Of a stretch of DNA of 64,000 bases, positions 43,250 through 57,739 are shown piece by piece. The notes beneath the pieces were generated by a model. It searched no databases. It had not been told where the DNA came from and was given only the letters and a program-made list of their open reading frames with translations. This DNA comes from Eledone cirrhosa (Eukaryota), in NCBI GenBank assembly GCA_964016885.1, contig OZ024742.1, positions 275,280,001 to 275,344,000 on the forward strand, given 5' to 3'. The translations under genes and the position numbers were made by a program. Position 1 is the stretch's first letter, and every line of letters starts with the position of its first letter.

Positions 43250-46200
43250 CGTAACTGAAGGATGCTCCTACAAGAAACCTTGCCATCTTGCTTTCTTTTT
43301 GTTTGGTACTAGCTTAAAAGATTCAAATGTTTAGAAAGCAAGCTTGTCTTGCCATGCGAGCATTTATTACTATGGTATCTGATATCTATAGTTTCGTTCC
43401 ACCTGAAGTGTTTTTTATCTCTCCCTACCACACACATATCAGGATAAGGATTTCCTCGAGCTACAAACAGATGGGATTTCTCCTGCATCTGTAACACTGC
43501 CATTGTTGTAGTTTAATCACTCATATGGCTTAAGGTAGTCGCAATTATTCGGAAGCTTTGGCTGTTTCGCCCCCCATCAAAGTGCCATTTTTACCTACGA
43601 GGTTGGGTTTTTGTCTTGCCATATTAGATTATTTTCATAATTTTCAGCATACAGTTTTTCTTCCATGGATTCGCTGCGGTATTGCTGGGGAATTTCTCTG
43701 TGTGTGCGATTTGATTATCATACAATAAGTATTTCTCAAGGAGTTGCTACCCAACACTCGTGATCTTATCCGTCTCATATAGAGGGTCTTGCTCAATACA
43801 TAGGCCACAGCACTTGGTGATTCATAGACGATGTCGGAAGGATATAATGTGACACTCAAATGCTGCCTGGATTGGTGTTAGACCTCTATCTCCCTGTTTA
43901 CGTTTCAGGTAGAGGCGGTCTATGTCACTGTTAATGTGGAATTTTCCGGTGTTGTTTAGGATTTTTTGCATTTTAACATCAATGGCTCGTATTTCATCTA
44001 TTGTCCAATCGAGTTTTCCAAATGTTTGTTAGGACAAGCAAATACATGGTGAGCCAATATTTTATTGCGCACAGAGATTTCAGTTGAACATGTTTTTTCT
44101 TAATCGTGTGTAATATTCCCTGGTTACGCGTAGAAACGCGTTACAAATACCATCAGGGGATATATTCTTATACATTCCTAGGTATCTTCAGCATTCCCCG
44201 TAAGATATCGGTGAAACAGTTAGGCCATTGATGACAATGTTGCTAGATTGGGTTGTAGTTTTTCCCCTCTTTACAATCAAATATGCCCATTTATCCTGTC
44301 CAAAATCCATTCCTATATCTTTCAAGATGTTTCTTCATCACATTTATATTCTTGGCATAGAGTTTCAGGTCATCCACAAAGAAGTTATGGATCATGTTTG
44401 TATTCCTGTTCTCCTGTGAGCCAATTATGTATCCTTCACATTTCTTGAGCAGAAAGGACAAGGGGCTTAATGACAGAATAAATAGTAGCACAGAGAGACT
44501 GTCTCCTTCAAATAAACCGGTGATATTTTATTTTATCATTGAAAATAGAAACCACCTCTTCTGTTTTTAACTTTAGGATAGTAGCCCAAGAAGAAGATAG
44601 GTTCTCTATGGCTCTGATAAATTGTCTCAAATTTTAGCAAGTCCGAGGGCCACTAGCTTGCAAATGTATACCGAATCGAATGCTTTTTCTGTGATCCAGT
44701 CACACTAAATCTATATTCCTCCTATGTTGCCGCATCTCTGACATCGCGGTTTTAGGAGTTATTCAGCAAACCACCAAACACATTTCTTCGCAGCTGCTTG
44801 CTTATCTGTGATTATTTTAGTATTGTCACAGTAATCTTGGAGAAATAGTTTCAAACACGCTGTATACATTTTATACGTTAGATTCTGGCTTGCAATGGAT
44901 CGATGTGGAACAATATTTGTTGTGCTAATGTCACCCCTGGTATATATATATCCCCTTGGAGAACTTACTGGTTGATACGATTCATCCGATAGAACGTAGC
45001 CGACCATTAAGTCTATCCTGATGTTTTCTTATCTTGGAATTTTCCTAACGCAATCTCAAGGATATCCTTATTTATGGTGTATGTTTTTGTTGTAGTGTGG
45101 GGGCAGTAGTTCTTTTGAACCTCGTTTAGCCACAGTGCATCTGGGTTGAATGTCTTCTGGAATGGAGTCATAAGTGACATTTATTACTTTGCTCTTCAAA
45201 TGTTTGGTTTCAGCTGAATTTGTTATTAATTTTTTTTTTTCAGTCACCCACTTCTGTTTTTGAAGTTTCTCGCTGACATCCCTCTAGTTTGACAGTGATC
45301 AACATATATTGATGAGTTCTGTTGAACTGTCTCCAAACGTCGTTTCTATTTTATTCTTGGTGAGAAGTGTAGGTTTTTGTTTTTGTTTGCATGAGGAGAT
45401 CATTGTCACATATCCTATAGTTTTCCGCAGGTCAGCAATCTTTTTCTCTTTTTGCAATATATGATTGTATTTTTGGTGGTGTTTTATTTTTGTTATCATC
45501 TCTGATATCACCAAGATAGCGTTGATTTGTAACAATATAGGGTTTTGAATTCGTCGTAAATATTCACCCACAATTTCGTCAATATCACGCATAATTTCAT
45601 TAATTGGTTTATTTTTTATTAGTATTGTTGTTTCCACGAGAGAAATGTTTATACATGAATTAATTTCTCTCTGGAAAGTTTCGCTTACAGAGCTATTCTT
45701 ATTGATAGTGTTTCTCATAGCAGTCGAGGTAAAATCAGTTGATACACGTGGTGTCAAATATTTTACCGCATAGTTGTTTCAAGGGACTAAATATGTATTG
45801 TTGCTGTTTGTTGGTGTTCAGACTGGCTGCTAGAAAGTCTATTAACATGGTGAACTGTAGCGCATATTGCTGTCTGCATGTACGATATGGGAGTCTTAAA
45901 ATGAATAATGTCCATGTTATTTTTATATTCAACAAACGCTACTTGGCGTAAATGTTTCGCTATGAAGAGATTTAATTCTGGATGTATTTCGTCACAATAT
46001 AGCTTCATTCTGTCCATATAGACAACGGAGGGATTTTCTTTTGCCATTTTATAACAATTAGTTAAATCGTTATTAAAGTTGTAACTGCAAGAAAAGTGTG
46101 ACTTATAATTTCGGTTCTTTCTGTAGCTACAACTAAAGACATTTTGTTTAACATTTTCTTTGTTTTTTATTCGGTAATCCACTATTGTTGTTGATGATAT

Positions 46201-46260
46201 TGTTATTATCCATGCTGCTTGTAGCAAATTCTTGGAAAATGAATTTACTATTTAGTCATA
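43250..46260 (-). mobile_element. Old, decayed R4-like non-LTR retrotransposon
   Basis: LLFILSLSPLS..HNFFVDDLKLY, RSIASQNLTYKMYT, RLYLKRKQG remnants with many stops. Confidence 0.65.
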
Positions 46261-46669
46261 TATCTCTACACATTCGAATAAAAGGTGTCTTTCGTGAGTA
46301 TGATTAGAAGAATATCCAGTTATTGAACACGGCTGGTATTTATGGCATTACTGTCGAAGATAGTATTCATCTTAAATTTAATGAATAGTCTCCCACTCGA
46401 ATATGTGTGACTGGTCGAATTATGTGTATGTATATATGGTCTTCTAGTTTTATAAGTTCACCAATGTTTGCCAATAGAGAGAGAGCAGGTTTCTAATATA
46501 GATACAAGACTCTATCATTGGGATTTACACAACATCAACTAGGTAGATATGCATGTATGCCTGCATGTATGCCTGCATGTATGCATGTGTTTGCAGGTAC
46601 GGATGTTATTGTATGTGTGGATGTGGATGTTTTGAGTTGTATGTGTGCATGTGCATATGCTTTGTCTAT

Positions 46670-47215
46670 GTATATGTAGTAGATATACACTTAGATGCAG
46701 AATCTAAGATGTAGATACAGAATTTTTGGAATGTTTTACAAATTTTTACTGTTCCATTAATGGATTGTACTTGTAATTTCCTAACTAGTTGTGTTCTCTC
46801 TGTTTCTGTGAAGCCTAGCTTCTCAAGATTTGTATTGAGGCATTTACTAACAAGTTCCCCAATAATCAACGGTATAAATCTGAATGTATAGTCAGGGTGG
46901 AGTATCTGCAGATTAATTCTTCCTTGATATTCTTCTTTTCGTTAATCTTTAATAATATATTGGCATCTGCTGTGCAGCAAACTTCCACTACTGTGCATGC
47001 TTTCTTTTCCATGTCCGTTATTATTATATCTCGTCTGTTATGCTTGCATTTTATTGGGGTTTTGGCTGGAACATTCCACCAGTACTCTTTTATATTATGT
47101 ATACGTATGTATTCCACATTGCTGTAGCTTTTGATGTGTTTATTGTCGGAGCTATCTTTTCTACGGATTGCATTGTACAGTTTTAGCGGCACTACATCAT
47201 GTCACATAGGTCCAC
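46670..47215 (-). mobile_element. 3' RLE fragment of a decayed R4-like element in TACA/CATA-rich sequence
   Basis: YWWN..KHNRRDIII.D...CTVVEV; IIGELV..GTVKICKTF. Confidence 0.6.
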
Positions 47216-47709
47216 TTCATCATGCCCCATTGGGCCACTACATCATGTATGTATGTACGTATGTATGTTTGCATAATAGTTTATGTATGCATATATAACA
47301 TTTTATTTCCGTGTACACAATAACATTTTATTTCCAACGAGTTAAATATACATGCGTACATATATGTGTGTGATTTCCTGTATGTTTGCATGGATGTATG
47401 TATTTGTGTGAATATCTATGTGTGCATGTATAAGTAAATTAGCAAATTGAAGTTTCGTTTTGATGAATACATACTCGCGTGTATGTATTTATATATGCAC
47501 AATCCTTTGCATGTAGGCAGACATATGTCTATGTATATATGCACGAATGTATGTGTGTGTGTTTGTATGTATGTAGGTATGTATGTATGCATGTATGTGC
47601 ACATGCGAATGGGTGAATTTATATTATTTAATCGATAAATGTAATTATTTGTTATCAGCTTTCGTTGCCACATTTAAGAATGTGTGAAAAAAACAGTAAC
47701 AACAACACC

Positions 47710-48017
<308 letters not shown>

Positions 48018-48020
48018 CAT

Positions 48021-48068
<48 letters not shown>

Positions 48069-48074
<6 letters not shown>

Positions 48075-48741
48075 TTGGCGCGCTGAAATACCGATATATA
48101 TATGAATGTATATATAGTGTATTTTGCAATACACTGTATGCTTAATTAAAAGTATTTCGAAGACGTTACGCTATTGTTTTAGAGTAGTGATAGTCTCACT
48201 TACTTTAAATTTTCAGCAAACGGGGGAGATAAAGCTGACAGAGCTATGTTTCGTACTGATTGGTACTTATCAAAGCCAAGTACTCCACCTGTTTGCTGAA
48301 AATCATGAATGTTTGATTCTTATAGAATTTCTAGTAATAATCAGGAACTGATTATACAGAGCGGTTGCCGGTCAATCAAAAATTGAAAATTAGAATTGGC
48401 GCTCTGAAATAGCGATATATATATATAAAGGTATATATAGTGTATTTTGCAATACACTATATGCTTAATTAAAAGCATTTCGAAGACCTTACACTATTGT
48501 TTTAGAGTAGTGACAGTCTCACTATAAGAATCAAACATTCATGATTTTCAGCAAACAGGTGGAGTACTTGGCTTTGATGAGTACCAAATCAGTACGAAAC
48601 ATAGCTCTGTCAGCTTTATCTCCCCAGTTTTCTGAAAATTTAAAGTAAGTGAGACTGTCACTACTCTAAAACAATAGCGTATGGTCTTCGAAATGCTTTT
48701 AATTAAGCATACAGTGTATTGCAAAATACACTATATATACA

Positions 48742-48745
<4 letters not shown>
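48069..48745. mobile_element. 320-nt hammerhead monomer + partial tandem copy + inverted copy (candidate retrozyme/mini-PLE)
   Basis: 48069-48200 repeated at 48390-48521; 48522-48745 is the reverse complement of 48100-48325; hammerhead variants at 48233-48277 (-) and 48570-48615 (+). Confidence 0.78.
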
Positions 48746-48797
<52 letters not shown>

Positions 48798-48800
<3 letters not shown>

Positions 48801-49172
48801 TGGCTGCCAACTCGTTTTCGAGTACGGCCACTACTTTATATCCATGTAGGAGAACCCCTACCGGTGCGCTGAACGAGTGTGACTTTTTAGTCCAGCCAGC
48901 GACTTGAAAACTCTGGTACAAACACTACACTTGTGACAATTATTGACACATAGTGCTGGGCCCATGGTACCATGTGACGACAAGTGCAGAGAGATCTCCA
49001 GATATAAAGCAATGCCTGTGCCGTGAAGCTTTTATAGTGAGCAAAAGCACTGCACAAACCCAGTCCCACTCTCTTAACCAAGATGATATTTACCAAAAAG
49101 AAGAACAAGTCAACATCATTGGATACCTTAGCCTTTGTCAAGGCAGAATTCTAGAAGGAAAACTCTGATATA
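48798..49172. mobile_element. Second copy of the 30992-31601 repeat with an inverted terminal segment
   Basis: 48798-49125 matches 30995-31322; 49126-49172 is the reverse complement of about 31341-31391. Confidence 0.75.
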
Positions 49173-49189
49173 TACAGGAACGATCGACT

Positions 49190-49393
49190 TTCGTCAAATC
49201 GGACCGAGGGAACAATGTTTCCGTTGGTCTTTCCAATTGCTAATACTATCTATCGGTCGCAACTCCAGGTAGAAGGAGCAACGTGAAATAAAGTGTCTTG
49301 CTCAAGGACATAACGCATCACCTGGTCCAGGAATCGAACTCACAACCTTACGATTGCGAATCCAATTCTCTAACCACTCAGCCACACGCCTTC
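49190..49393 (-). mobile_element. tRNA-derived SINE with CORE-like segment
   Basis: A box tggctgagtggtt, B box gagttcgattcc, then gtccttgagcaagacactt. Confidence 0.75.
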
Positions 49394-49465
49394 ATATATA
49401 TATATATATATATGTATGTATATATGTATATATATTCTGTCAAGGCAGAATTCTAGGAGAAGGAA

Positions 49466-49947
<482 letters not shown>

Positions 49948-49949
49948 CT

Positions 49950-50086
49950 TTAAATATATACAAGAAGGATTAATCATTTTTTAAAAGGTAATATTTGAAG
50001 ATCTAGTTAAACTTTAATTAGTTACCTACCTAGCTGTGTGTGATTACAGACTTTACAAATTATCCCCTGTAATTGTTTCATATATT

Positions 50087-50145
<59 letters not shown>

Positions 50146-50476
50146 GATAAATCTACCAAGAGTTTACGGTAGTGTCCAATCCGTATGGAGAACTCAATGT
50201 AGTCCGGATATCATGGAAAGAAGAGATGCAATGAAAAATCACTTTCGGTGAAAGATAAACGGAATACAGAGTCATTTCTGAAGACGGCATATATGTGTGT
50301 TTGGTATGTATATTTAATCTTGATAGTTTGTATAATTTTGTATAATTTTGTACATAGATCTGTTGAATATGCATGCCAATTCTAACACATATATATCCTA
50401 GAAACGATCGTTAAATAATGAACTTTTTTTGTTTAATATAAGGAACTGTTTCATTGTTTTATTCATTATTTTTTTA

Positions 50477-50532
<56 letters not shown>

Positions 50533-51568
50533 AATCAATTTCTAGTTGATATAAAATGCTCAGATCTATTCAGTGGAATCTTTGAGCTTACTCTACAGTG
50601 GGTATGGCGCATGTCTCGGACATGACACCTTTCATTTAATTTAACTAAATTTATTTCGGATAGATAAACGGCTTCTTATCTGTAGAGCTAAATCGGTTGA
50701 AAGGACTTGGCTGCTATTTATAGCTGTCGACCTCACTATTCACGCCAATGGGAGGACGCTAGCATGTTGTTAGTAGTTTTAAAATTGCAGCACGTGCGAA
50801 GGGTCACTCGCAGGTTTGCATTTGATGCGTAAACACAGACAGTTATTTCTTCCTCCTTGCTGATGATCAAAGATTTAACTACTGTGACTTTACGGATTTT
50901 TAGTGCAATATATTTCTTTAATGAAATATATACAGGAGGATTAATCTTTTTTTAAAAGGTAATATTTGAAGATCTAGTTAAACTTTAATTATCTACCTAC
51001 CTAGCTGTGTGTGATTAAACATTTTACAAATTATCCCCTGTGATTATTTCATGTGTTTATTTTAAATATATATATATATATCAATCAATTTCTAGTTGAT
51101 ATAAAATGCTCGGATCCATTCAGTGGAATCTTTGAGCTTACTCTACAGTGGGTATGGCGCATGTCTCGGACATGACACCTTTCATTTAATTTAACTAAAT
51201 TTATTTCGGATATATAAACGGCTCCTTATATGTAGCGCTAAATCGGTTGAAAGGATTTGGCTGCTATTTATAGCTGTCGACCTCACTATTCACGCCAATG
51301 GGAGGACGCTAGCATGTTGTTAGTAGTTTTAGAATTGCAGGACGTGCGAAGGGTCACTCGCAGGTTTGCATTTGATGCGTAAACACAGACAGTTATTTCT
51401 TCCTCCTTGCTGATGATCTAAGATTTAATTACTGTGACTTTACGGATTTTTAGTGCAATATCTTTCTTTAATGAAATATATACAAGGAGGATTAATCATT
51501 TTTTTAAAGGTAATATTTGAAGATCTAGTTAAACTTTAATTAATTACCTACCTAGCTGTGTGTGATTA
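49950..51568 (+). mobile_element. Tandem array of a 550-nt non-coding monomer, each unit with a hammerhead (candidate non-LTR retrozyme)
   Basis: Units in register at 50531/51081; hammerheads at 50851-50940 and 51401-51491: tcctccttg-CTGATGA...GAAA-tata-TA-caaggagga. Confidence 0.82.
50272..50418 (+). ncRNA. Hammerhead motif with long stem II, in an element (about 50143-50480) nested in the (TA)n of the 550-nt array
   Basis: attt-CTGAAGA-..atatatgtg...cacatatat..-GAAA-cgatcg-TT-aaat. Confidence 0.6.
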
Positions 51569-51579
51569 CTGTGTGTGAT

Positions 51580-52980
51580 TACTGGAAGCTAAACGCGCAG
51601 TTAACAGCGCGCAAAGCCTACAGAGACCGGATTAGCGAATTAGTTAGCGGGTCTTGACGGGCAATAGTCAACAACAAATGGTGGTTCGCCCTGAAAAGAG
51701 CGATTAGATTGGAATCCATTAGGTTTAGTAAGGCGTTAGCAATAGAGAGAAATAGAGCAGAAGGAGAACTAGTTAGAAAATTAGACGAGGCGCTTAGTAA
51801 AGGCATCGCAACCGACGCGCTTGCGGCGAAATTGCCCCTCGACCAATTCTTCAATGCAAAGAATGAAGGATGCGTTGTCACAGCTAGGGCGCGTGCTCTC
51901 AAAAGGGACGAAAGCCATTCGATGGGCCCGAATGTCGGAGGCACGTCATGGGAACAAAGCCACGATCCGGTCATTGGAGGACCCGAGCAAATGTGTTTGG
52001 CGTTTCAGCGGCATTTCACTCGGCTGTTAGGTGGCAGTAGTGGGTCGTATCGCAGAGTGGACATTAGCACTTACCTCGACGGACTGCCGCAGCTCACAAC
52101 CACTGAAGCGGAGTGTTGCTAAAGGCCGATAACAACCGCTGAAATACAGATATCAATGACTGACTGCACAATGGGTAAATCGCCTGGTTTGGATGGTCTG
52201 CCATACGAGATTTATGTACCCATGACACACTTGTTCGGCAAAAAAAACATCTTGGTGGACGTTTACTGCAACTTGCAGCAGAACGTGACAATTCCTGGCT
52301 CTGTCAGGCGAGGAGCGGTTGCGCTGCTGAGAAAGGACCCAAACAAGCGGGAAAAGATATATAATTTCAGGCCCATAAGATTTTTACCCAAGTGGTAGCA
52401 AAGAGATAGGCACTTGTCGTCGGTCGTTTGGTAGGAGTGGCGCATACATGCACCATACCAGAAAGATCCCTCCACCGCATGTGATACATCGTGGAGACGG
52501 TAGCTAACGAAGATGGCACGGGTGGACACTTGATCTATTTAGATCAGTCAAAACCTTTCGATATGGTCGACCATCGTTGTCTGGCGGCGTTACTCAGGAC
52601 AACCGGCTTTGGGCCCGTCTTCAGAGGCTGGATCGCTGCGATGCACAGCGACATCTGCTCTGTTGTGAGAGTGAACGGTCACCTTTCGGAACCGTTCAAC
52701 ATCATGCGGTCAGCCACGGATGTCCCCTCTCGTCCCTGTTGTACGTATTGACTCTCGAGCCATTACTGCGCAAACTGGAGACATTGAGGGGCGTCCCGCG
52801 CGAACTGGGATGCGGGAGAACCGTGTCAGCTTAACCCGACATGTCACCGTACTGGTGTCGAATGCCAAACATATCGAGGTGATCGGCACTACACTATGAG
52901 AATATGAGGCGGTGACAGGAGCAATGACTAACCAGGAAAAGTCGGTGGGCATGCGGCTCGGCACCTGGAAAGGCAGGTCT
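51580..52980 (+). mobile_element. Decayed internal ORF2 fragment of the same Tx1/L1-type family as 9855-13406
   Basis: YWKLNA, WWFALKRAI, GKSPGLDGLPYE, LDQSKPFD, GCPLS..LEPLLRKL. Confidence 0.85.
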
Positions 52981-53199
52981 GGGTGAAGTTGTACAGAAAA
53001 GGAAAAACAACCGTATGAATACGCATGCGCAGAAACGGACAGTTCTCCTAGGCGATATTATCCCACGCTCGAAAGATGTGAGGGAGATAACTGCTAATGT
53101 CCCGTATAAATTATTCAAGTTGTTCAGAATATTAGAATGTTGATGTTATTCAATCTGGAGCTTTGTAATTATCCAAGAGGTGTTTCCAGACGTGTGGAG

Positions 53200-53560
53200 A
53201 ACTAGAGAAATACTCACTCCTTGAATTTAGCCAATCATCATAAAGGAATTCATAATAGACGGGTTTAAATTTATCTTGGAGAATAACTACTTCGAATTCG
53301 ATGCCAAATTCAACAGACAGCAATTCGAGACTGCCATGGACATGAAAACGGCCCCCTCTTACGCCAATAATGTTACGGGATACATGGAAATCACTCTCTA
53401 CCGAAAAGTACTAGATAAATATGGAAACTCCTTCTACCTTCACAGAAAAAAAAATGGAAGAGATATCTGGATGATTGTTTCATCCTCTGGCAATGAAAGT
53501 ATGGAAAGATAAAACACTTCTAAACATTCAATTTATAATGGAATACAGCCATGAGCAACT
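53200..53560 (+). mobile_element. PLE reverse transcriptase remnant
   Basis: FILENNYFEF..QQ..TAM..K.APSYAN and frameshifted WKRYLDDCFILW. Confidence 0.7.
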
Positions 53561-53638
53561 TCCTTCCTCGACATCTACGCAACCTGTCAGAAGAATTCGA
53601 GAATGATATTCTAATTATTTTCAATATTAATTTCTCAA

Positions 53639-53792
<154 letters not shown>

Positions 53793-54509
53793 GTGTGTGC
53801 GTGTGTGCGTGTGTGCGTGTGTGTGTGTGGTATAAACGCTGGAAAGTTAAGACCTCTTAGAAACACCCACACTGCAGGTCAATTTAACAATGCCAAAATT
53901 TCAGACAAGAATAACAAGATAGATATTTATAGAAACAATTACTTCCTCAATCATTCAAACCAATCCCACGTACAGCTTGCCATTGTTGACAGTGACTATC
54001 ACCAGAACAGATTGCTACCACACCTATCTCCTGTCCCTCCCGCTTCTTTTCGTGACGGACCTCTTTTTTTTTCATCCACTTATTCTTCTCTCCCCACATC
54101 GACGTCTCCCTCTTCTACCCCTTCTTCCTCCTTTCCCCTCTCCTACCACTACTACCAGTCGAAGCCAGCAGTCGGAACCAAAAATTTAAACTACTACCGC
54201 CTCTGTCGGCCAACTAGAAGAGAGCGAAAGAGAGCCTCGGACAGAAACAAGAACTTCCTCTCTAAATATGTATGTAAAACTAATAAATTTTTCTCCATTT
54301 TATTATTATTAGTATAAATATGCAATTTAACTGCAACTTAAACTTCCGTCGTTAATGCTGAAACCGGTACAACGATTAAATGCGACGGAAATCCCCACTT
54401 TATAAATAAATGTCTTGATATTATACTGAAAAAAATCCTCCAACATTTCCTACTATACTTTTTTCCCTTTTAATATTTGTATATATATATATTGTATATT
54501 GTATATTGT

Positions 54510-54940
<431 letters not shown>

Positions 54941-55634
54941 CGTGCATTACAAAGTAAACGAGATATCTGTTAAGGTTATCTAAGGTCAGGTTTCGATTAA
55001 TCTGTACAATATATATGTGGAATATTTCAACGTGTGGCGTTGGTTGACTCAACAAAATGTTTACTTAGTTGGGCTTTTTGGATTGTTGTTTCCGGAAAGT
55101 TCCGAGCTTATTAGTTCCTGGAGTATTAATAACGAATAAATGATGATTAACACGGATAAGCGATATAATAGGGATATAATCTAATAATTAACCTGCTTCA
55201 TTGCTTAGTATGCTATTGATTATGTCTTAAAATCGCTATCGGCAATACTTGTTTGGTTATTACGAAACTTAGTTCTAAATACAGCTGACGTTTCTTGAAT
55301 TATTTCCCCGTAGAACCTATGCAGTACCATTCTTGGTCACCTGATTTTATGGTACATAGATAGACTAAATTATATTCAAGGCATTTGTTCTGTAGTGGAC
55401 ATGTATCTGGTAAGTGGCAATTACATTTAGTGACCCTTAACTAATCAGCTGTAAGTGAAGCCGACACTGTATAGATAGATACACCTACCTAAATCCCGAT
55501 AATTTGCTCAGTATGTCTAGTTTTCTCTTATTCACCTCTACTACTATTATTATTATTTTATATTCATATCTTGCTCCGTATATCTCATTTTCTATTCTTC
55601 ACCTTTTTTATTATTTTATTTTATTATATTATTT

Positions 55635-55830
55635 AGGGTGGTGGATTGGCAGAATCGGTTGAGCGTCGGACGCCATGCTTTGCAGCAAAAAGTTACAGCC
55701 CTTTATGGTCTGAGTTTAAATCCCGCCGAGGGTAACTTTGCTTTTCATCCTTACGGGGTCGATAAAATAAAGTACCAGTAATACACTAATATAATTGCTG
55801 ACCTTGTGCCAAAAGTAGAAACAATTATTT
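55635..55830 (+). mobile_element. tRNA-derived SINE (octopus-type)
   Basis: A box tggcagaatcggtt, B box gagtttaaatcc, body catccttacggggtcgataaaataaagtaccag, tail gaaacaattatt. Confidence 0.8.
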
Positions 55831-56151
55831 TATTTTGAATGTCTTTTCACTTTTTTCGCTTCCTCTCTATTATATTCGATCTACCGCCTTCACTGTTTTT
55901 ATATATAAATACTCCGCATTTTCTAGACTCCTAACATTCGAAAACAAGGCGCCACTAAAGACTTTTAACTTACATTATCTCACAAATTTAGTATTTTATC
56001 TATCACTGACCTCAATAGTACCATAAATAGGCAATTCACTTAACCAATCAACTTGCCTCAATGTAGCCATAACTAATCCACGAGTCTGGCAACATTAAAG
56101 GGTGAACTCTTAACTCTGAAGCTGACAACGCATAGACACACCTACCTAAAA

Positions 56152-56345
56152 TATAATTGTTTCTACGTTTGGCACAAGGCCAGCAATTATCCAGTGCATT
56201 ACTGGTACTTTATTTTATCGACCCCGTAAGGATGAAAGACAAAGCTAACCTCGGCGAGATTTGAACTCAGAATGACAAGGGCCGTAACTCTATACGTGAA
56301 AGCATAGCGTCCGACCCTCTACCTATACTGCCAATCCACCTCACC
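56152..56345 (-). mobile_element. tRNA-derived SINE, same family, opposite orientation
   Basis: Reverse-complement similarity to 55635-55830. Confidence 0.8.
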
Positions 56346-56522
56346 CAACCACCCTAAAATATAATAACCATTCAATATGTCTCATCTTCTATTCTTCACC
56401 TTTATTATTATTTCATTTCTATTCTTCGCATTATATTATCTTCAATTTTTCACTTCTCATATATCATTTCCTCCGCAAGTAACAATCCTATCTTTTTTTA
56501 CCCCTCAAACGTATGATTCTCT

Positions 56523-57025
56523 TATGCAAACAAGCCTCATTTTTAAAGCCATGTCAGTAGAGTGAACCCTTCATTCTTGCTCTTGTGTTTGAATAATTGC
56601 AAACGAATCGAATATTATTATTAATATTCGAAAAACTCAGATTACATTTGTTGTATTCGGCCATATAGAGCGAAACTTTATTTGAATGTGGCAAAGCCGG
56701 CCATTTATCGCTCGTATACAGGAAACTGACTGGCCAGTCTGCTGATATGCAAATCTGGCTGATCAGTGGATCTGCTAATATGCAGATCAATCACTGTATA
56801 TTTAGTCACATATATTTTCACTAGCTCTGACAGTTGGCAGGTAAACAGTGAGCTGTACTGACGAAGGGTGATACCCAGAAACATTAGTGTCTGCAGTTCA
56901 GTTTACATGCCAACACAAGAGCAAGAATGATGGGTTCATTCATGGCTTTGAAAATGAGGCTTGTTTGCATAATTGCAAACGAATCGAATGTTATTATTAA
57001 TAATCGAGAAACTCAGATTACATTT
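56523..57025 (+). mobile_element. 377-nt hammerhead monomer with direct terminal repeat and inverted 5' arm
   Basis: 56592-56648 repeated at 56969-57025; 56523-56588 inverted vs 56912-56972. Confidence 0.75.
56852..56897 (+). ncRNA. Type I hammerhead ribozyme motif
   Basis: gctgta-CTGACGA-a-gggt-gat-accc-a-GAAA-ca-ttag-tg-TC-tgcagt. Confidence 0.8.
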
Positions 57026-57247
57026 CTATATTCCTCAGTTATTTACCTATTTGTCAGAGGTCTTTCATCCCACAGTCAGTGATCTGAACAATAACTTTTG
57101 TTTCCTTTCCGTCTCACGTTAACTTAATTTTATGATCATTGTTTCTTTTGTTTTTCATTTATTACATAATTTCCTATTAATCTTATAATTATTGTCAGTG
57201 TATGTGTCTATACGTGTGTTTCTTTGTCATTAATATTGTTACTACTT

Positions 57248-57620
57248 GGGCAGTGGATTGGCAGTATCGGGAGATCGTCGGAAAACATGCTATGCGGCAT
57301 ATTCTTACTAAGTTGATAAAATAAAGTTACAGTAACGCACTGGGGTCGATTTAATCGTATTTTCCATCCCATAAAATGGTTGGCCTTGTGCCTGAATCAG
57401 AAACCATTATTATTGTTATTACCGTGATGTCTTGGAAATATTGTCTGAGCGTTGAACAAAACGACCATGTATGGTTTGTGTTCAAATCCCACCGAAGTTA
57501 ACTGTCCGTATCATCCTTCCGGGTTCTATCAAAGAAAGTGCCGGTTACGTACAGGGGTCAATATAATTAATTTTACTTTCTCTCAAAATTTATGACTTTC
57601 TGCCAATGTTAGAAATATTT
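57248..57620 (+). mobile_element. Two decayed SINE copies
   Basis: ggattggcagtatcgg..ggccttgtgcc..gaaaccattatt and gttcaaatcccaccgaag. Confidence 0.6.
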
Positions 57621-57739
57621 AATCTCCTTACTTTTCTTATTATTTCTTTGGCCAATATGTATTTGTCAGCTCCTCTGCGTGTGAGCTCGCGCATGTGTAT
57701 ATGAGTTTGTATACTCTACTTACGCAAATCTAAGTGTTT

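Noticed and set aside
49300-49393. tRNA gene
   Set aside because: A and B boxes are present, but there is no acceptor stem or cloverleaf and it continues into a SINE body
54340-54395. GAAA-CCGG-TA palindromic half-hammerhead
   Set aside because: The CUGANGA half is absent; only a possible relic
55635-56345. Inverted repeat resembling a large-TIR transposon
   Set aside because: Better explained as two independent, oppositely oriented SINE copies with A/B boxes
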